DNA of 64,000 nt, from NCBI GenBank assembly GCA_030141605.1, contig JAQGDQ010000148.1:248001-312000 (forward strand). The letters run 5' to 3'. The position numbers and the translations under genes are program-made. The notes below the pieces were generated by a model that was not told the DNA's origin, did not search any database, and saw nothing but the letters and a program-made list of their open reading frames with translations. Source of the stretch: Tubiluchus corallicola (taxonomy: Eukaryota > Animalia > Priapulida). Position 1 is the stretch's first letter; the number at the start of each line of letters is the position of its first letter. Below, piece by piece: positions 38,970-51,520 of this stretch.

Positions 38970-41900
38970 TACTTACAAGTCTTTCTAATGTGCTGAATTG
39001 CTGCTAAAATGTAAACATGCTGTACTTTCTTGGTTTGTGCAGATGTGCTCAACTTTTTTTTAATATTGTCTTGCAGATACAGATACAGATGCAAGTTATT
39101 TTATCACATAAGTATACTAAGCACACTCAGTGAAATTTGCTGGTTTTGACAAAATACAAAAAGAACGTAATAAAAATAGCAAGCTATGACATAGAAATTA
39201 AAATCTATACTATGGTTTTGTCTACATTACAAATAACTGTTTGTTTTGTTGGTGTTTTTCACTTAGTAATGTGAGTGAATTTCTGGTCCGATGCTTAATA
39301 AATATTACAAAGTGTAGCCATGACTGTGCTTAACTGTACCGTAAGTTAGAAAGTCTTTTCATTATAATTATTTAACACCCTCAGTCATAAAATAGCATAA
39401 GGTGCACAAAAATTAAATGAAGTGCGTGTTCAGGGCATTATGGGGTTGGTCACTAGAAAATTTGGCTTGCTTATATAAAAGCTGACCACACAAACTATTG
39501 ATAGTTTGGTAGCATTGTTGCTGAGAGTTCTTATAACTATTTGTTGTGTATTGAATGACGTGAAATGCGTAAATGTGCAGTAGCTTATAAAGTTGTTTGT
39601 TGGCACTTTTTTTACTTAGAAAATGAGTGAATCTCTTGTCCCATGCTTAATAAATATTACAAAGTCTAGCCATGACAGTGCTTAACTGTACGGTAAGTTA
39701 AAAAGTTTTTTCATTATGTTTAACACCTGTAGCCATAAAGTAGCATAAGGTGCACAAAAATTAAGTGAAGTGCATGTTTAGGGCATTATGGGGTTGGTCA
39801 CCAAAAAATTTGGCCTGCTTATATATAAAAGCTGACCACACAAACTATTGATAGTTTGTTAGCATTGTTGCTAAGAGTCCTTATAACTATTTGTGGTGTA
39901 CTAAATGACGCGAAATGCGTAAATGTGCAGTTGCTTATAAAGTTGTTTGTTGGCACTTTTTTTACTTAGAAGGTGAGTGAATCTCTTGCCCCATGCTTAA
40001 TAAATATTACAAAGTCTAGCCATGACAGTGCTTAACTGTACGGTAAGTTACAAAGTATTTTCATTATAATTATTTAACTACCTTAACCATAAAATAGTAT
40101 AAGGTGCACAAAAATGGATTGAAGTGTGTTTACTAAAAAGCTGGGCACACAAACTATTGATAGCTTGTTAACATTGTTGCTAAGAGTTCTTACATCTACT
40201 TGTGGTGCACTAACTGACGTGAAATGCGTAAATGTGCAGTTGCTTATAAAGTTGTTTGTTGGCACTTTTTTTACTTAGAAGGTGAGTGAATCTCTTGTCC
40301 CATGTTTAGTAAATATTACAAAGTCTAGCCATGACAGTGCTTAACTGTACGGTAAGTTAAAAAGTTTTTTCATTATGTTTAACACCTGTAGCCATAAAGT
40401 AGCACAAGGTGCACAAAAACTAATTGAAGTGCATTTATTGCCTTATGGGGTTGGTCACCAGAGAATTTGGCCTGCTTATATATAAAAGCTGAGCACACAA
40501 ACTATTGATAGTTTGTTAGCATTGTTACTGAGAGTTCTTATAACTATTTGTGGTGTACTAAATGACGTGAAATGCGTAAATGTGCAGATGCTTATAAAGT
40601 TGTTTGTTGGCACTTTTTTTACTTAGAAGGTGAGTGAATCTCTTGTCCCATGTTTGTAATATAGTCTAGTGACAGTGCTTTGTGGTAAGTTAAAGTTTTT
40701 TCATTATGTTTAACACCTGTGTGTGGGTGCTAATTGAAGTGCATTTATTGCTTATGGGGTTGGTCCTTAATAAATAATACAAAGTCTAGCCATGACAGTG
40801 CTTAACTGTACAGTAAGTTGTAAAGTTTTTTCATTATGTTTAACACCTGTAGCCATAAAGTAGCACAAGGTGCACAAAAACTAATTGAAGTGCATTTATT
40901 GCATTATGGGGTTGGTCCTTAGAGAATTTAGCCTGCCTATGTATATAAAAGCTGGGCACGCAAACTATTGATAGCTTGTTAACATTGTTGCTAAGAGTTC
41001 TTACAACTAGTTGTGGTGCACTAAATGACGTGAAATGCGTAAGTGTGCTTGTACAGTTGTTCTCAAGTCATCTTCTTGTCTTTTTTTACTTTGTTCCAGT
41101 TCGTAAATAATAATTTTCTTTTTTTTTGTATAACAACGTGAATGTATCTCGGATCCAGTGCACTGTTATTGTGACACAAGTCTAAACTACTACTATATTT
41201 GTTATATGGTAAGTTATCAAGTATTTTTATTATTATATTCACGACCAGTTGCCATAAAATAGCATAAGGTGTGCATAAATAACTTGAAATACGAGAGTAG
41301 TTGACCTACTTACATATAGAAGCACCTCATCCAAACTATCAATAGCCTGCTAGCATTGTTGCAACAAGTTATCTACAAGTCTTTCTAATGTGCTTAATTG
41401 CTGCTAAAATGTAAACAAAGTGTATTTTCTTAGATATGCTCAACTTTTTTTCTAATATTGCCTTGCAGATACAGATACAGATGCAGATGCAATATATTTT
41501 GTCACATAAGTATACTAAACGCAGTGAAATTTGCTGGTTTTGACAAAATACAAAAAATAACATAATAAAGATAGTAAGTTATGACATAAAAATTAAAATC
41601 CATACTATACTTTTTTCTACATTACAAATAACTGTTTGTTTTGTTGGTGTTTTTCACTTAGTAATGTGAGTGAATTTCTGGTCCGATGCTTAATAAATAT
41701 GATAAAGTCAAGCCATAACTTTGCTTAACTGTATGGTAAGTTACGAAATTTTTTCACTATAATTAGTTAACACCCTTAACCATAAAATAGCATAAAGTGC
41801 GCAAAAACGGATTGAAGTGCGTTTACTGCATTATACAGGTCACGGTCACCAGAGTATTGGACGTGTTTGTACACGTATATGGAAGCAACACACACACACA

Positions 41901-42560
41901 AGTAGTGACAGTTAGGCTGTTGTTGCTAAGAGTTGCTTAACTGTTTGTAGTGTACTAAATGCCGTGAAATACTTAAATGTGTAGTATTTTTGTAACTTGT
42001 ACAGTTGTGCTAAGGATATTTCTTATCTTTTCTTACTTTGCGAGCAGCTCAAATAACTATTTATCGCTGATTAACACTAATATTACTGAAAGTTAACGAC
42101 AAGTGTCTGTGGTATGCTACATGCTGTCAAAAACGCAAACGCGCGGAATTTTCATGGCTTGTGCAGCCGTGCTCAAGTTATTTTCTTGTCTTTTTTCCTA
42201 CGTAGTAAATAATTGTTATCTTTTTTACATAGTAATGTGAGTTAATCCAGTGTTTAGTCAGTGGGCACAATTGTAAATTGCTGTGTTTGCTTATACGGAA
42301 AGTAATCAAGTATTTTTTATTAGCCCTTTCAACACTCGTTGACATAAAGTAGCATGCAGGCATGCAAAAATATAACTGGAAGCCTGGAGGAGCACAGTCA
42401 TTCTGACCTTTACATATTTACCTAATATACTGGCAGCCCGTAGAACTGTTGACGGTTTGCTAGCTTTGTTGCCAATAGTTATCTACAAGTTTATCTGGCG
42501 TGCTAAATGATACTAAAAGCATAAACGTGCCGTATTTTCATAGTTGTGCAGCTGTGCTAA
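38970..42560. repeat. Tandem array of ~350-bp units (about 9 full, partial or diverged copies) with a ~2.4-kb higher-order duplication
   Basis: The unit marker TGAGTGAAT recurs near 39272, 39624, 39974, 40283, 40631 and 41667, with diverged versions near 41139 and 42237. The block at 38972-39420 is repeated at 41374-41820. Confidence 0.95.
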
Positions 42561-43605
42561 TCTCGGGCTTCTACATTGAGGCACAAAGCACCGGTACTGC
42601 CACTGCTTTGTTTAGCAGTAGCTAAATACACGCAATAAAGAAATCTACCTGGGAGACTCTGCAGACGCTGCAGGCGTTAGAAGTTAAATGTTTGTAACGC
42701 TTAACACCATCGTGAATCTTGCTGTATCCGGGATAAGATTTTAGATAAGACGAAAGTGAGCAATAGTTATCGCAGATTACCTAGTATGATACCAGGTAAT
42801 ACGATGTTATGAGCGCGGTGCGGTGTTGTGAAGATCAGTGCGGAAGGTCAAGTCACCTTTGCAGAGAAAATTGTTCAAAACTTGCTTGAACCACAATTAT
42901 AACAAGGTATTCATTACAAAATATAGATGCCGGCTTTTTTCTTTCGCTAATATTTATAATGATTTTCACATGTTTCTTTCTGTTTCTAACGCGAAAATGT
43001 CTTAAAAAGCACTTTCAGGAAGATTGTGTATCTTCCTCTTATTGGATGGTGTATTAAAATGGCACGGCTACATTCATAAAACCAATCTAATTATTGCCAC
43101 AATTATTTATATGAAATCATTAATATAGGAATCCCGCTTTATAGACACTAATACTTTTAAAGTTAGCATAAATAGTGGTGGGTGGTGGTGGTGGTGGTGG
43201 TTGTGGGTTATTAGCAGTAGTGGTGGGCTAGAGCAGCAGTATTAATATTAGACTGGCTTATTAAAAAGCACATTTGACGTTTAAAATCCGAATAGTTGTG
43301 TTCGTACATTGTATCACAATCACTGCATCATAAAAAGTCTAATATAACTTACAATAACGATCGTCAAAAAATGGGCAAAATGATAAAAAACATCAATTAA
43401 TTAAAGCAGTTGTACAAATTAAAACTTAAATAAAGCAGAACATTAACATGTCCATATATGTGGGGGATTGAAGTACATGCTGCATTATTATATACTTCCT
43501 AGATGTCCTTAAACTGAAATCGATTTTTGCAGCAACTCTTGCCTGATGATGGCTTGGACAGATGCGAAATGATCCCGGCAATACAATATAACATTTTTGG
43601 CATAC

Positions 43606-43660
43606 CATCTCTGCTGATTTTTCTTGGGAAATGTTTGATCCGATTGATTATTTTTTTCAT
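43606..43660 (-). CDS. Possible alternative first coding exon MKKIINRIKHFPRKISRD
   Basis: ATG at 43660. The donor G|gtatgc is phase 1 and compatible with the 28969 acceptor. An upstream acceptor lies near 43764-43768. Confidence 0.3.
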
Positions 43661-44806
43661 CCCTAACTGCGGCACACGAGTCAAATATAGCTTCAAATGG
43701 GGGACAGAGTCACAGATCGGAACAAAGATACACAGACTGACAGATGGTTTTCAAACTGGTCTTCTAGCTGACAATAAGAATATGACCAGGACGCACTAGT
43801 TATACTTTTCATACAAACTACGACAAGGATCAAGTAGCCCATAGTAGGTACCTATTTCATTCTTTCTTGCAATTACTGTTCAAGTAGGGTTTGCGTTTTT
43901 AACTAATAGCTGGTCGAGTAGGAAAGTCAAAGTATTTTGAATTATAAACGGAAACATATTCAGATTTTCGCGGCATAGATTTTGTGCAGTGACACTGTAG
44001 CGTGCGCTAGAAGTTATCGTGTTTCTTAAAATTACGTACTAACACAACCAGCCATGTAAAGGTAGCAGAAATACTGTTTTTTGGTACACTGTAAAGTCTA
44101 ACAGTTTTTCTATGTGTTTGTGGACAGTATTCAGTGCACGAAGTATTAAGTTTCACTTAAATCAATTTTTTACATTCCAAAAACGCGATTTTCGACGCAA
44201 AATTCTTGGATTATGTCTGTACAATTGTATTTACATGTACGTGTATTTTAAACTTTCAATTTCACGAGAAAATCAGTTAACTGTTGTGATTTAGTGAAAA
44301 AAAACGCTTTGAAATTTAAATTAAGGGGCTGATCAAGCTCGTTAGATACTTTTCATAGATAACATTTTCTAAGATGGCAATTGCGCCTTTTAGTTTCAAA
44401 ATGATTATTTCGCTATCACCGCCCTCAACTAAATAAAAAGTTAAAACAGCATGGATTCCCCAGTGTTAGCTGTTTAAACATCATACACAATGTAGTCTTA
44501 TTACAGTTCGGCACACTACAAGTTGCAATCCAGTACTCAGTGATAACTAGGAAAACCTGTACAATGAGACACTGAACCGGCTGAGGTGTTTAGCTGTTTT
44601 CGGATGTGAATACGTGAATTCAGTCACCCGTCCATCCGCTGACTAGTTACAGTATAGCTAAAATAATTGTCTTTAAAGTGTACATTCAAGCAGATCTTTT
44701 GAATTTGCAGGATTTGCTATTATTAAACTGTAAAATTGAAATATTATATTAATTGTCTCTGGATTGAAGTTTATCTATATTCAGAAGGCGGCACCCTTGT
44801 GGCAGG

Positions 44807-45062
44807 ACTTGCTATAACTGTATACTAAGAATCTACGAAGAGGAATAGAAATACAATTCGTTTACTCAAATACGAAAAAATTTTGAAGCCAGTTTTTTGC
44901 TTGTTGATCTATTTTTATAAGCATTAAATTGCAAAAGCCAATCAAGTAAACAACATTGAACGTTACTTGCTGTAACTGTATACTAAGAATTTACAAAGAG
45001 GAATAAAAATACAATTCGTTTACTCAAATACAAAATTTTTTTAAAGTTTGTTTTCTTGCTTA
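44807..45062. repeat. Direct duplication of ~95 bp, period ~158 bp
   Basis: ACTTGCT.TAACTGTATACTAAGAAT.TAC.AAGAGGAATA.AAATACAATTCGTTTACTCAAATAC occurs twice. Confidence 0.9.
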
Positions 45063-46289
45063 TTTTTAAGAAATGATGCGGACGATTTTCAGACGGTCGG
45101 CATCGCAATGGATATCATGTACCTTGAGCAGTTTACCTGTACTAACCTATGCTTACCTGTGACAGAATTTTAATAATAATTCACAAGCCCATTGCGTTGA
45201 TTATTGTCGGCTTGTTAAGGAAGCAGTGGAACGAATTACAAGAGTCATATGACCTAAACAGGTGTGACTGTTGGCATAAGATCAGATTAACAATGTGCCA
45301 GGAAAAAGCCTTGGGGCGAAATATCAATTTAAAACTAGGACTTTCCGGAGAAAGAAAGCTGAAGTATTCATCAAAATGACCGTTGGTCACGTTTGTTTGA
45401 CATCCGGACGCGCAGTCAACACTGGATATAACAGAAAAAGTGCAATCGGAAAACCACAAATCCAGCTAGCATTTTATCAGTCTAAACGCACAAGACTATT
45501 TTTGATCCCATCTCATAACTGCCGTGTACAAGACAAATGTTCTACAAGTCCGTACGCTTCTTCGGGAAAATTTGCGCTTGTTTTAATAAATAAATGTCTC
45601 GATCTTATTGTTTTCTTCTTTATGTCATATGAAAGCCGTAATAATTGCGCTGCTCTAGTTTAAATTATGACGAAGCAATGGGCTAATACGTAGGTCTGCA
45701 AGAGAAAACCCTAACTTTATCATTACGAAGCAATTAATTGTAATCAAAAACCTGTATCAAATTATTGAAATAAGTGTATTTCTCAGTTGTAAAGCCTATT
45801 TTAATTTTTCCAAATAAATATACACATTGTCAGTCTACTAGGAATATATTATAAATCAACGACTTCAAAGAAAATTATTAAAAATTTTAATAAAGATGTC
45901 TGATTTTATTAAGCAAATGATCTTTGGGAATTCTATAGATCCTTAAACTGAGTGTAAATGATCTTTCAACTCCAGTCTCTCGGCTATAAACTGAACAGTA
46001 TTACTGAATATTGACTAAAATATTTTGCACAAACCATAAGCAAAACGTCAATCCAAATTTAATTAAGTAATTTTTATGAATAAGCTTAAAACTTAACTCT
46101 TCGTGTAAAGTTTTAATAAAATTCAAGGCAGCAAACTATTAATGAGTGACCTGAACGATTATATGCTGAAAGAGAAACGCTAGCAAAGGAACAAAGAATC
46201 AAAATAAAAAACAGCCAAAATTCGATTAAATGAAGTAATTTACAGTATACTAACTATTAACGAAGAAAAACAAAGGTAATTGTTTTTAA

Positions 46290-47130
46290 CGCTTACTAAA
46301 AACAAAGTAGGATATCCAAGCAAAGCTTTACTGTAGGCCATGACAGAGTTGAAACTGTTGAAAATTGTACTTACTTAGGGATGAACATGAACTTTAATCC
46401 AAGCGGTTCATTAGCCAAGGCAGATAGAAGAACTGCGCAACAAAGCAATAAAAGTTTTTTATTCAAATTCAGGCAATAATTCTGGCGGGATAACATAAGC
46501 TTTGAAATATTAAAATACTGAACTCTCCATAAAATACATTGAAATATATGAAGAAAACAAAAACCTAATCAATCAAAATGCGGGGTGTTGGTTACAGTTT
46601 ATAAAAAACATTTTACTTCTCACATTAGGGCTATCAAACTAAATCTTTTTAAAACAGAAACTAAAAACAAGCTATAAAATCTACTGGAAGGAATTCACTA
46701 CGAAATAAATGGGTAAAACATGTGAAAATAATAAACTACGAACCTACTCAAAATTTAAACAAGACTTTGAAACTGGAAATTATATTGTTTTTATACCTAA
46801 TCACGTATTAAGATCGAACTTTACTAAATTGTGCATCAGTTCTCACAACCTGTATGTAGAAAAAGGCCGACACTGTATACCCAATGTAACCGTTAAAAAT
46901 CGAATACGCAAACACTGTGATGAAGGAAAAATTGATGAGGAAATGCATTTTGTATTTCACTTGAATGCAAAAATTACATTCAACCAAGGACAAATTTATT
47001 CGGTGCTATTGCGAAAATCTTCGTTTTTATTAATCTACCTATGTACCAAAAATTTCTTTTGCTGCTAAAAGGTAGTGATTTTGAGATGACAAATTTAGCA
47101 ACAAAAATTCATTACCGAGCGTATATAAAA
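46290..47130 (+). mobile_element. LINE (RTE-X-like) ORF2 3' end remnant
   Basis: TYLG, NKLRTYSKFKQ, RSNFTKLCISSHNLYVEKGRH and HCDEGKIDEEMHF, typical of a C-terminal C/H region. Confidence 0.8.
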
Positions 47131-49926
47131 CGAAATGTACAAAAACTACCCAGAATTCTATAAAATGAAATATACAAAATTGAGCTTTCCGGATGTTTTA
47201 ATTAATAGTGTAAGGTTTCTAACGTATACTTTCATCGAATGGTTTTCTTCAAATGTATTCTACCACTATTTTGAACGTAATGCCACATATAAATTCGCAA
47301 AAAACGTGATTGTAACTCTAAAATAAGTTGTGTACTTGAAGTTTGAAAATGCAATGTAGTTTTTGTGAACTTTCCATACAACATAATTTTGTCTCAAAAT
47401 TCTTACTATAACTCATTATTTATATGTACAAATGTTATATTTAATATAATGTAAATACTGTTTATTATTATTATTGTTTTGTATGATGATTACACCCCAA
47501 GTGCCGTGTTCTGTCTGTGTAGTTTTTTTTTTGCATCCACTTGTAATGTATTGTATTGTAATGTGCTGGATCGTCGATAAATTATTTGTTATCTATTATA
47601 ACTGACAGTTATAAATATTCTTCGGGTGTATAACTGACAATTATATTGTGAATGTGTACGCCATGAAGGTCACAGTAAACCGCGACCCCAGTGAAAAATT
47701 ACCGTGTTGTCATGGATATGCATAGTAATTACGAATTTATCGCCTGCTAAGAACAGCAGATGTAACTAAAATTTTAATCAGCTCTTACCTCATAGTAATA
47801 CCTAATAGTAACTGTACAATCCTGTAGAGATGATTATCGCAGAAACAGCTAAAATATAATATGAAATTACGAACTGGCAAAGAAACCCGCACTACAGTCA
47901 GGTTGAATGTACAAACTCACGGCAAAATCAATGCAAGACTTGTAAGCAAGTTAAAAATGTAAGCCAAGCAGTGTTTCTTGAAGAAAAAATTAAACTTGAG
48001 AACTTCTCAGCCCTAAATGTGCGAGACTGGCTAGACCTGAATAACTTCTTTCACTTTAACGAATAGCAACATATTGAGAACACTTGCTTGTCTGTCACTT
48101 AGGCTTCTCGTTTCCACGCTGCCAGTATATGCAAGATAGGTTGCTGCCAGAGATGCTTTCCTTTAGAAACGTTAACAGAAATAAACATCAGAAATATGCC
48201 TGTTAAAGTACGGCTTATTTGGCCTCTGTGTTTCTCTAGCTTTTACCTAGTATTCTAAGCGTTTACAGCAGGGTTTACAGTTTAATTGCAATTAAATCAA
48301 ATTTAAAGGTGCTCCACTTTCTCATCAAAGAATGACTCAAGGAATTTCTCACAATTTGCCATAATACTGCGCCATTTTTTGCACAAGTATCTACTGTATG
48401 ATCAGCACCCATACGTGCTGCTATCTATTAAATTATTACTGAAGCAATCATAATTAAAAGTGTTTTAAATAACTTGGTTACTAGTAACAGATTGATGTTA
48501 ACCACTTGTTAACCTATTGGCACGAAGATATTTACGGTAGATGTGAACATTAACGTAACAAAACATCAACAACATTAATTGCAAGTTGCCGTGGTCAATG
48601 GTAAGGCAGATCTAATAAATCGAGCAAAGTTTAGTAACGTTTTATGTTAAATTGTATGTTAATACAAATAAGCTCAAGTGCACATGAGGTCAAAAACCAG
48701 TGGGCGGGCAAGCGTAGCCAGTTATGGTAATATCAGATTAGACGAGATAGCGGCATGCGTTTCTGTAGGTCAACTAAAATAATTCACGTTATATAACATA
48801 CCAAATAAATACGGATCATATTAAACGTCTACGTGGAGAAAGTTTGCCGCATGAGCTTCAAAATTTAATCTAATTAGAATGCTATTTAAAATAGGCATGA
48901 GCTTCAAAAAGAATGTTATTTAAAAAGGTAAGCTTAAGTTTCCATTCAACGTGAACTTGTAGTACACTGTAGAACATGCATGGTTTAGTTTCAACCGCTA
49001 CGTTCAAAATTTGGTTAAATGCTGAACAAACCCAAATATGCAAAAACTGTTTCGTTTAGCCCATCTCCCCATTCTTTTAGTTCATTACAATAATACGTCC
49101 ACCAGCTAACTTAATTGTGAATCTACGCTTGCTAATATCTGTTGTTACTAGATGCTTACTCTTATCCTGCATTACTTGCAAACCTAACCCAAAGGCTGTC
49201 AATAATCGATAATGATTAATGCGGCCCTTGGCCGAGTTCCAGCAGCTCTGCATGCACGATGCGTGATGACAAAGGTTTATCCGTTAAAGTTCAGGCGGTT
49301 TCAAGCTCGGCATGAAGCTGGCAAGAGCTGCTTACTGTTGAAATGACCGTGGCTAATAATTTTGGGATAGAAAGTTCTCTACAACTTGCGTGAACATCTT
49401 TTTCAGACTAGAGGTAGCCAAGCAAGGTATTGAATAAGACTTACGTGACTTGATCAGCGCTGATTACGTGAGATTTTATAGCTAAAGTGATGCTAAGTCA
49501 TTGTAGTCAAGGTACTCTGAAATTCTGACGTTAAACAGTGTTCACTATGTACGCCCATTGACCATCTATAAGTCTTATTTATAAACAGTAAAATTTTCCA
49601 ATAACTTAACATTCTACCTGTTGGTAAACGGAAATAATCAGCTGATTGTAACGTTTATAAGATCAAGATTGCTTTTTCCTCCATTGAAATTTGTTTATTC
49701 TCCTTCTCGGTAAAAATTTTTGTACATATTTTTTTTACATACGCGAAGTTACCACCAAAAATATCTCATTTACGGTATTTTCGTACAATTCGTGCAGTCT
49801 TCGTGCAGGTCTAAGTTTAATTATATACCTGCCATTTTCCCAAAACAAAAGTAAAAACTATTTTCCAAAACACTAAGTTGATTTTTCTAGAACACGAGCT
49901 ATCGGTTTGAATTCCACTCATTTCAG

Positions 49927-50118
49927 TTATTCGTTCAGTGTTAATGAGTTGACGTTGCATTTTGCACTACGTGTGCATTTTCTTGTTGTTTCAATGGCAG
50001 GATTCGTACGTCTTCTTAAAGGATTCCTATATGCTACGGGGTCCATCTCATAATTAAGGGAATCTAATTTGTTTCTCATACCATTGTGATTTTCCCAACA
50101 AACGTTATCATTTTTCAC
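49927..50118 (-). CDS. Exon VKNDNVCWENHN...; either internal (donor, exon end 50082, phase 1) or terminal (stop at 49927)
   Basis: Acceptor taccag|, in frame with the 50246-50316 exon. Internal donor AATG|gtatga. The frame stays open to TAA. Confidence 0.55.
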   Translation of the reverse strand: MKNDNVCWENHNGMRNKLDSLNYEMDPVAYRNPLRRRTNPAIETTRKCTRSAKCNVNSLTLNE

Positions 50119-50245
50119 CTGGTATATTAGTTTCTTTTGTATAACATACAGTACAATTAAATCTTCATTTTTGACTAGTGCAAATTAAAACAAAAATATG
50201 TAAAGGTAGGCATCGAGGAGAGACAGTGCAAAAATTTTTGCTTAC

Positions 50246-50316
50246 CTTTTGAACAGATGCTACATTTTCAATATTCTCCGATTGTTTTTCCAGTTCCAGT
50301 TTTTGTGCTCTTTTCT
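50246..50316 (-). CDS. Exon KRAQKLELEKQSENIENVASVQK
   Basis: ttttgtacag| ... AAG|gtaagc, 71 nt, phase 1-0. Confidence 0.65.
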
Positions 50317-50546
50317 CTGTACAAAATGCAGGAAATTAGAGTGATATAAATAATATAAGAACTGCATAAGTTCGTAACTTTAAGAAAGACGTTAATTTAT
50401 CCTTCCTTTTGGGGCCTGTCTAAAAAACTCATGTAAAATGTCTTCACATTTCGGAAAGTAAGTGGCACATTAACCACTCTCTAACTTATTTAGATTATAA
50501 TTCCATGTAATTGCTGTTGGCACACTAGTGCAGCGTGACCAGTGTC

Positions 50547-51520
50547 CATTGGCGTACGGGGCGGGGGCAGACTGCCCCCCAAATTTTCGGGTTTCAAAAA
50601 ATTCGGGCAAAACTGCCCTTTATATTTTCAGAAAATAGTTTTTTCAACTTCGAAATTGATATTTTTTTCAGATTTCAATCGCCATCGCTTCATTTTTTCC
50701 TGGAATTCAATTATGGCCCGGATCTTGAGAGAGTAATATTTATGCCACGCACCTGGATGCCCGAATCTTGATATCACAGGAGGCGTTGTCCGCGCAGACT
50801 CCCGGTCCCGGACCGGCAGTGAGAGTGGTCTGGAAACAATTAGCATTCGCAAAATTGAAAATATACTAGTCGCTGGGCTCTCGGCAGGTCTCCGATTGTT
50901 TGTGAAACTCTTATTGCTTCCTGTCTTCGGTGCGCGCGCATTGATTGTTCGCCGGCGATTATCAAATACACATTCCCCATTATTTCATATTATTTACAAA
51001 ATCCCGACTTTGTGCTTTCCGATTTCTTGTCCTTTATCTATTTAGGATCTGGACTCACTGCCTGTATTCTGTGCGCTCTTTGATTTTCCGGATTTTCTTG
51101 GCGCTGAAGGAGAACTGAAACGTTTAAGGAGTCGCAATTATTTCAGAAACATCATAGATCTTTGCGGAAAGGGGCACAAAAATCAAAATGTTGTCTTTTC
51201 TCGCTTATCGTTGATGGTGTCAGTTCTCAGTTTTGCTTCATCAAGTCAGTTTGTCAAATTGCAGCTCTGATTGTTGATTACATGCAAGAACACTCCATAT
51301 CATGTGTTGTGCATCACATTTCAATATGGCTAATAAATCATGTTGATCAGCTTCATGAGTTCAGTCTATGTCATCAGAAATGACGCCTTTTTGTATTCGC
51401 TATCTGGAACTTAGTAAGGTTGTACTTGTTGAAATGGGGGCCTAAAAATCGGGTGAAATTCTAAGAATTCGGGCAAAGAATCCTCTGCCCCCCTAAAATT
51501 CAGGGCCCCGTACGCCTATA
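50547..51520. mobile_element. Non-autonomous hAT DNA transposon
   Basis: TIRs cATtGGCGTACGGGG / tATaGGCGTACGGGG, 8-bp TSD cCAGTGTC / aCAGTGTC (7/8), subterminal CTGCCCCCC and TTCGGGCAAA motifs. Confidence 0.88.

Noticed and set aside
39240-42320. Tandem array as spliced-leader RNA genes or a C/D snoRNA array
   Set aside because: A donor is present, but I see no convincing Sm site after it, no match to leaders I know, and no RTGATGA...CTGA box pair. Kept only as a general ncRNA hypothesis.
43606-43764. Frame open except for a single TGA (selenocysteine or readthrough)
   Set aside because: No homology or SECIS evidence, and its donor phase does not match the next exon.
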